In this document: piece after piece, positions 57,894 through 64,000 of the stretch | Numbering within the stretch: the first letter of the stretch is position 1 | Layout: every line of letters begins with the position of its first letter | Virus record (IMG/VR): IMGVR_UViG_3300034072_001149 | Coordinates: 1 to 64,000 of that record | Source: a virus | Reading direction: 5' to 3' (one strand) | DNA: 64,000 nt | Position numbers and translations under genes: made by a program | The notes under the pieces: model-generated | Databases searched by the model: none | The model's input: only the letters and a program-made list of their open reading frames with translations | Told to the model about the DNA's origin: nothing

Positions 57894-58990
57894 TATCCAG
57901 CGGAAGTGGACAAAGTGTAAACGCCAAGGCAATCAGCGCGGGCGATTTCGCTTATGGTGCTTTGGGTAACGGAACGGCAGGTGGTCTTGGTAATGCGGCT
58001 CTTTTGAGCACCACTACTATCCTACCAAACACTCGCCGAACAAAAATCAGCAGAACTCAATTGGAAGCGGCGGACAAAGAATACACCCGCCAGATGAATA
58101 TCCTGAGCCAGTTTTGGTCTGTCAAGGATACCAGTAGCCCTGCGTATGCTGCTCAAAAGCAGAACGCAATGATGGCTCAATACCAGTGGGAACTTGCCCG
58201 CAACAATCTTGAAGAGGTAGTTTCCTCTGAGCTGTCTAGGCGCGAAGAACCAATTGAAGTTCTTCCTGGTGAAATTGTAACTTCTCCTACTATTATTGGT
58301 GATCTTGAAGGCATCGTTCCGCAAGTAGATGCCGCACCTGTAGAAGATGAGATCGTGGTAATCGGACGACCACGTGACAACAGAATTCGCATTTCTCCCA
58401 AAGAAGGCCAACGTGATGAGATTTTTGGAGATGAGAATTCTATTCTCTATATGTTGAGAGAAACTGATGGTGTATTCTTTCCCTATACACCAACTATAGA
58501 CTTTAGTCACCGTGCTGAATATTCATCTATGGCACCCACACATGCGAATACCAGCTACTATACCTACACACATACTCCAGCTATTCAGATTACCATACAG
58601 GGTCAATTCAGCGCACAGAACCTAGCAGAGGCCAAATACACTCTAGCATCCATGCACTTTTTCAGAACAGTAACCAAGATGCATTTTGGCTTCCAAGAAG
58701 CTGAAGAAGGTACAGCCGGATTACCACCTCCGGTTCTCAATCTAAACGGGTATGGCGAGTATATGTTTGATAATCTTTCGATCATCATTCAGGAATTCAA
58801 AATGGATATGCCCAACAATGTGGACTATATAGAAGTAGAGCATGTTGGCGGTCTTGCTTGGGTGCCCACACTCACAACCTTTACAATATCTTGCGTCGTT
58901 CAGAATACTCCAAAGCAGCAAAGAGATGAGTTCAATTTCAAGGAATTTGCTAGCGGAGAACTGATGCGAGATGGGAATGGATGGATCTAA
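57854..58990 (+). CDS. Baseplate/tail-tube cap-like protein
   Basis: GVFFPYTP, HFFRTVTKM, GLPPPVL.LNGYG and VDYI motifs. Confidence 0.7.
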   Translation: MSEPNKSNTSTGLVSSGSGQSVNAKAISAGDFAYGALGNGTAGGLGNAALLSTTTILPNTRRTKISRTQLEAADKEYTRQMNILSQFWSVKDTSSPAYAAQKQNAMMAQYQWELARNNLEEVVSSELSRREEPIEVLPGEIVTSPTIIGDLEGIVPQVDAAPVEDEIVVIGRPRDNRIRISPKEGQRDEIFGDENSILYMLRETDGVFFPYTPTIDFSHRAEYSSMAPTHANTSYYTYTHTPAIQITIQGQFSAQNLAEAKYTLASMHFFRTVTKMHFGFQEAEEGTAGLPPPVLNLNGYGEYMFDNLSIIIQEFKMDMPNNVDYIEVEHVGGLAWVPTLTTFTISCVVQNTPKQQRDEFNFKEFASGELMRDGNGWI

Positions 58991-59295
58991 TGAGTAAAGT
59001 TGAATACAAAAGATCAAGCCCATACGCTGACACTCCCCAAACCACTTGGTATCTAAGTAACTATGAACCACGAGTTATAAATCGTGACGGGACTGATATA
59101 CGCAAAATCCTAGAAACCAAGTATGAAAACAGACCAGATCTGCTTTCGTATGATCTTTATGGGACGCCGAACCTTTGGTGGATATTCATGGTGTTGAATC
59201 CTGATGCTATAAAGGATCCCATCTATGATTTCAAAGCAGGCCTTGTGATTTATGTTCCTACGGCCACTCGTATCTCAAATACATTGGGAATCTAA
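58990..59295 (+). CDS. Baseplate wedge LysM-like protein (T4 gp53-like)
   Basis: RPDLLSYDLYGTPNLWWIF..N. Confidence 0.85.
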   Translation: MSKVEYKRSSPYADTPQTTWYLSNYEPRVINRDGTDIRKILETKYENRPDLLSYDLYGTPNLWWIFMVLNPDAIKDPIYDFKAGLVIYVPTATRISNTLGI

Positions 59296-62165
59296 TGACC
59301 AGAGCAAGACAACTTTTGAATTCTGAAACCAGAACCAATCAATCTCAGAACGCTTCTGGTGATCAAACAGGTTCTGGTAACACGACTCCGACGAACACAA
59401 ATTTCAACGGTCAGTCTCCTGATAGAGCTGATATTGAAAATGGAGGAACACCAGGAGGCTTTCTCAAGCATTTGAATTTTATTCCTGAGCCCAATCCAAT
59501 GGGGGATTTGTTCCAGCCAACCTATCACTTTTCCTTTTATCTGGATACTGATGTGGAGGCAGAGCAAGGAACTGGTAAGGAGTTCGTAATTGCTGAAACC
59601 GGTCTCACTGGTATGAACATCCAAAGTGTTGAAATTGACAGCTTTGTGGGACCTAATATTCGAACTCGTAATGCTACCGCGACTAGCATTACGATGAAGA
59701 TTTATGAACCATTTGGTGCTCAATTTCCTGATCTTCTATTCAATGCGGCTGTAAGGATGAACATCCGCAACTACCTAAAGGCTCCTTGGTTCCTAAGACT
59801 GAAGCTTCATGGTTATGATGAAGATGGAGTCAAGGTAGAAGTAGGCCAGGGTTGGAAATGGAAAATGGTTTTGATTGATGTTCAAAGTAACATCAGTGAA
59901 AACGGATCTCTTCACACTGTAACCGCAATGCCTATGGCAGAAGTTGCTCTTAACAACCAGTATTGTATGCTGCCATCCTTGGTTAATACAAGTGGAACAA
60001 CGGTTGGTGAGGTATTGAAAAATATCATTACCAGTATGAACGAAAATGTAAAAACCAAATATGGTGACACCAATCCACCAGTTTTGGAGTTTGCTATCGA
60101 GGATAGGGAATATCCCTATGATACTAAGATAGGCGTCAGCCGCCCATTTGATCACAGAATCGTTTCTGATTCTCCCCAAGATAGCAACACTAGAACTTCA
60201 GAGAACTTTGGTACACAGGATACGCATTTTAGTCCTGGAACTGATATTCCAGCAGTTGTTGATATGTTGATGGCTCGAACTGATACTGCGATTCAAGCAG
60301 CTCGTATCAGTCGTGAAAAGCCAAAAGTGGATGGTCCTGATCTAGAAACAGATGTGAGAGATCCTGCCTCACTCATGCACCGAATTGACACCAAGGTAGA
60401 ATACCTATCATATAATGCGGTGATTGGTGATTACTGTAAAAAGATCACCTTTATCGTGAAACCATATCAAAGCCTTCGCCTATTGACATCAATGGGAAGA
60501 GCAATGTCTTTTGACAAAGAAAAGATACTGAATCGTCTAAAAGCCAAACATGCTGTAGATCAGGTTTTGATGCGAAAGCAGTATGATTATGTTTTCACTG
60601 GTCTCAACACCGAGGTGGAGAAATTTGATATCAATGTGAATTTCAGGTGGGCAGTTAGTGTTCCAGTTATACAAGGTTGGAATACAAATACAGGAACCAC
60701 TGCTCGAGTTGATATCGCACAATCTGCTCAAGACCATTCGTTGAAGCTGAATGCCAATAGCCAGGAACTTGAAGCTACCCGCCTTGAGATTTTTAATCTT
60801 GATAGGGAAATCGAGGAGGCAGGAACATCAGTCAGCCCAGAGCAAACTCGTAGGCGTGAAGAACTTGAAGCTCGTCGTCGTAGATTGGACGAAGAAAATC
60901 GACAGTTGAGAACTATTACTGGTTTTGAAGTCGACGAACTAAACCGTATCGAAAATGAACGTTCAGAAAAGCGTCGTAGGGCCAATCCTATTACTGGTAG
61001 AACCATTGATGGTGAAGATGATATCTACTATAACGCACAGAGTGAAGCCGATGGTAGTGCCAGAGAAGGGTTCGGTGGTTCAGGATCTGATGATTTAAGC
61101 TATCTACCTATTACTATTGTCCAAGATGCTGATTCACCTAGTGCTAGTGTGTATACTGGAACTTCCACGGATAATAATTCCAACAAGGGAGTTTATGGTG
61201 CTCTCTTGAACCAGTTATATGGAAGTTTTGATGGTAACCTTCAAAGTCTAGAGTTGGATATTAGAGGTGACCCCTACTGGTTAGGCCCCGGCTCAACTGG
61301 TGAGGAATACTCTGAGCCTTCAACTGCTGAGGTGCCCAATTTCAGTAACGGTGAGCATATGTTTGTTTTCCGTTTTAAGCTACCACAAGGTTACGACCAG
61401 AATACTGGAACTGTCAGTGTGGCTGCTGATGATAGAAAGGGAGGTAGTAGAGGAGAAGGTGAAAACCAAAAGCCAGCAAGCGGTGGCAATAGTAATATCT
61501 TCACTGGATTCTATGCGGTTACTCAAGTTATCAATCGTTTCAACAATGGATACTTCTCGCAGACTTTGAATGCCCAGAGGATTCAGGGATGGACTTATGA
61601 GAATATCATCGAAGGCCGAGAAGTCACAGTTGATGATAACACCAATATCACAGATTCAGATGTGCCTCTTATCTCGAATCCAAGAGCCAATGAATCAACT
61701 GCTATTGCAAACGGTAATCGTGGGTCTGGTGCTAGATTGCCATCTAGAACAACTCTCAGTGAGCGAGAGTTGCTGGCTATCACTTTGGTTGGTGAAGCCG
61801 GTGGTGAAGGAGACCAGGGTATGTTGGCAGTTGGAAACGTGATTGTCAATCGTGCCAAAAAGAACTTCACAGGAAGAACTGTAAGCGACGTGATTATGAG
61901 CCCCAGGCAGTTTTCAGTCTGGAATAATCAACGACCTGAAACCCTCTATAATGCCCGTAAGGATACTGATGTATATCGTAGAGCAGACAGAATCGCCGGT
62001 GAATTGTTGTCCGGTCGAGCATCTGATGTGACTGGTGGTGCTGATCACTATCTCAATGAGGTCGTGACTAGACAAGGTAGATCCGATGGTAGTTTGCCGT
62101 CTTGGTATCGAAAAGGCAAGATTACCAGAAAAATCGGCAAACACACTTTCCTGAAAATCCTATAA
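59295..62165 (+). CDS. Baseplate hub protein with C-terminal SleB-like cell-wall hydrolase
   Basis: YDYVFTGLNTEV and IRGDPYWL; C-terminal GEAGGE..AVGNVIVNR..QFSVWN..GADHY..IGKHTF. Confidence 0.8.
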   Translation: MTRARQLLNSETRTNQSQNASGDQTGSGNTTPTNTNFNGQSPDRADIENGGTPGGFLKHLNFIPEPNPMGDLFQPTYHFSFYLDTDVEAEQGTGKEFVIAETGLTGMNIQSVEIDSFVGPNIRTRNATATSITMKIYEPFGAQFPDLLFNAAVRMNIRNYLKAPWFLRLKLHGYDEDGVKVEVGQGWKWKMVLIDVQSNISENGSLHTVTAMPMAEVALNNQYCMLPSLVNTSGTTVGEVLKNIITSMNENVKTKYGDTNPPVLEFAIEDREYPYDTKIGVSRPFDHRIVSDSPQDSNTRTSENFGTQDTHFSPGTDIPAVVDMLMARTDTAIQAARISREKPKVDGPDLETDVRDPASLMHRIDTKVEYLSYNAVIGDYCKKITFIVKPYQSLRLLTSMGRAMSFDKEKILNRLKAKHAVDQVLMRKQYDYVFTGLNTEVEKFDINVNFRWAVSVPVIQGWNTNTGTTARVDIAQSAQDHSLKLNANSQELEATRLEIFNLDREIEEAGTSVSPEQTRRREELEARRRRLDEENRQLRTITGFEVDELNRIENERSEKRRRANPITGRTIDGEDDIYYNAQSEADGSAREGFGGSGSDDLSYLPITIVQDADSPSASVYTGTSTDNNSNKGVYGALLNQLYGSFDGNLQSLELDIRGDPYWLGPGSTGEEYSEPSTAEVPNFSNGEHMFVFRFKLPQGYDQNTGTVSVAADDRKGGSRGEGENQKPASGGNSNIFTGFYAVTQVINRFNNGYFSQTLNAQRIQGWTYENIIEGREVTVDDNTNITDSDVPLISNPRANESTAIANGNRGSGARLPSRTTLSERELLAITLVGEAGGEGDQGMLAVGNVIVNRAKKNFTGRTVSDVIMSPRQFSVWNNQRPETLYNARKDTDVYRRADRIAGELLSGRASDVTGGADHYLNEVVTRQGRSDGSLPSWYRKGKITRKIGKHTFLKIL

Positions 62166-62175
62166 GGAGTTCAAA

Positions 62176-64000
62176 ATGGCTAACCAAGGATTCCGTAGAT
62201 CATTCAGAACACCTCCGGGGTATTTGAATCAAGAAGCCAACGCTAGAGTGGGCTTATTCAACCAAGTATATCTTGGATTTGTGAAAAACAATGAGGATGC
62301 TTTTAAAAATGGTCGTCTTCAAGTTTGGATTCCTGAATTTTCTACATCACCTGACAATGAGAGTCAGTGGGTAACGGTTCAATATTGTTCTCCTATGGCC
62401 GGTGCGACTCCGGTCAAAGACAATGTCAAAGAAGGCCGAACGCTATCTGATACCCAACAGTCGTATGGTTGGTGGTCCGTGCCGCCTGATGTTGATAATG
62501 AAGTTATCGTAATGTTCATTAACGGTGATCCCAATAGGGGCATTTATATTGGCGGTCTCTATCAGCCGTTTATGAACCACATGGTTCCTGGAATACCTAG
62601 TGCCACCTCTTATCAAGAGGGAGTAGAAGGTCAAGACCCGCCAGTAGCAGAATACAATCGTTGGGATCCAGGTGTGACTGATTCTGACAATCACACTAGA
62701 GCTCGATTTGATCCCCTACACGAGGGTCTAAGAAACCAGGGTCTCTACACCGACCCACAACGCGGTCCAAGCGATGCAGGAGCTCGTAGAGCTCCTGTGA
62801 GCAAAGTATATGGCTTTAAGAGTCCCAAGGGCTCTCATATGGTTTTTGACGATGCTGATGAGAATTCATACATTCGTTTTAGGACCGCATCAGGAGCTCA
62901 AATCCTAATCAATGACTCAGCAGGTTACGTCTATATCATCAGCGCAAACGGTAATAGCTGGTTTGAAATCAGCGACGAAGGAATTGATGGTTATTCGGCT
63001 AATTCTATCAGCTTGCGATCTCAACAAGATATAAACCTTCATGCTGACGGATCCATTAACCAGTATGCCAAGAGACAATGGAATGCTTACGCGGGCGGTG
63101 GTCTCACTATGCAGGGTAAGAGCGTTGATATTTTGAGTGCGTCAACCGCCAATATCAGTGCCAATGGTGATTTGAATCTATTGAGCAATGCCAATGTGAA
63201 TTCAAGCGCAGGTGGTAATTGGAGTGCCCGAGCAGGCGGCACCGCCGCTTTAAATTCTGGTGGAGCCCTTGGCGTAAGTTCAGGGGGTACTCTATTCCTA
63301 CGAGGATCTCAGATCCAACAGAATAGTGGTAGTGGACCTCGAGCTACTGCTGCCAAAGAAGGGTCTGGACCCAGACCTGAGGAACTTGAAGACCGTGAAC
63401 TCAACGTGGAAACAAATTATGAAGAGATTTCTACTAAGACCATTGTCAGTAGAATGCCCACTCATGAACCGTGGTCAGGTCACCCCAATAGTGGATCAGG
63501 ATCTGTCCGTCGTAGGGTTGACTTGAGTGTGAGTACCCGCGTGCAGGTTGACGGTGACGGCAACGTAGCTAGTAATCCAGATGATATCCAGCCCGGTACC
63601 GAGGAAAGTGTTCCAGCAGACAATGCTGAATTTGTGGCTCCATGTTCAGGGGTCGCAGGAAGTCAGTTTGGTCCCAGAACTCCTCCCAAAGCCGGCGCAT
63701 CTTCAATTCACGCCGGATTGGATGTAAGATGTCCAATCGGAACTACTCTTGTAGCAATGCGCGATGGCACCGTTACATTTACAGGTAGAAGAGGCGGATA
63801 CGGTCTTTTCTTAGAAGTCAGACACGATAACGGATACACCACTAGATTTGGTCATTTGAGTTCTATTTCAGCTAAAGTTGGTCAAAAAGTCAAAGCAGGT
63901 CAAGTGGTTGGTAAAACTGGTAATACTGGCAACAGTACTGGTCCACATTTACACTTTGAGATTCGAAAGAATGGAAAACCTATAAATCCAGCAACTAAGT
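62176..64000 (+). CDS. gp5/VgrG-like baseplate spike with C-terminal M23 peptidase (partial; missing from ORF track)
   Basis: ATG 62176 after AAGGAG. GRLQVWIPE OB-fold, beta-helix repeats, then HAGLD...GYG...GHL...TGNSTGPHLHFEIR; open to the window end. Confidence 0.85.
   Translation, partial: MANQGFRRSFRTPPGYLNQEANARVGLFNQVYLGFVKNNEDAFKNGRLQVWIPEFSTSPDNESQWVTVQYCSPMAGATPVKDNVKEGRTLSDTQQSYGWWSVPPDVDNEVIVMFINGDPNRGIYIGGLYQPFMNHMVPGIPSATSYQEGVEGQDPPVAEYNRWDPGVTDSDNHTRARFDPLHEGLRNQGLYTDPQRGPSDAGARRAPVSKVYGFKSPKGSHMVFDDADENSYIRFRTASGAQILINDSAGYVYIISANGNSWFEISDEGIDGYSANSISLRSQQDINLHADGSINQYAKRQWNAYAGGGLTMQGKSVDILSASTANISANGDLNLLSNANVNSSAGGNWSARAGGTAALNSGGALGVSSGGTLFLRGSQIQQNSGSGPRATAAKEGSGPRPEELEDRELNVETNYEEISTKTIVSRMPTHEPWSGHPNSGSGSVRRRVDLSVSTRVQVDGDGNVASNPDDIQPGTEESVPADNAEFVAPCSGVAGSQFGPRTPPKAGASSIHAGLDVRCPIGTTLVAMRDGTVTFTGRRGGYGLFLEVRHDNGYTTRFGHLSSISAKVGQKVKAGQVVGKTGNTGNSTGPHLHFEIRKNGKPINPATK

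Overview
This 64 kb window comes from a large T4-like (myovirus-type) phage. Promoter shape and a Sphingomonas-like outer-membrane protein suggest an alphaproteobacterial host. It holds most of the virion module: tail tube and sheath, neck, capsid, scaffold, protease, portal, tape measure and baseplate. It also has gp46/gp47/gp55, a Holliday-junction resolvase, RNase HI, dNMP kinase and three free-standing homing endonucleases. The accessory content is unusual. (1) A 255-nt ORF-less group I intron splits the tail-tube gene after codon 9. (2) A Ro60/TROVE gene lies downstream of a ~820-nt structured RNA that contains a Y-RNA-like domain and complementary hairpin loops. (3) There is a complete deamidated NAD salvage cluster (pncA, pncB, NadM-like, nadE, Nudix) interleaved with a split RNA ligase. 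(4) A ~1.2 kb ORF-free block holds a second ornate RNA and convergent late promoters. It sits between RNase HI and a protein that resembles a RuvC-less TnpB, and is a candidate RNA-primed or RNA-guided replication origin. (5) A -1 frameshift site lies in a tail chaperone-like gene pair. No tRNA, rRNA or CRISPR array was found. All calls are from reading motifs by eye; no database searches were run.
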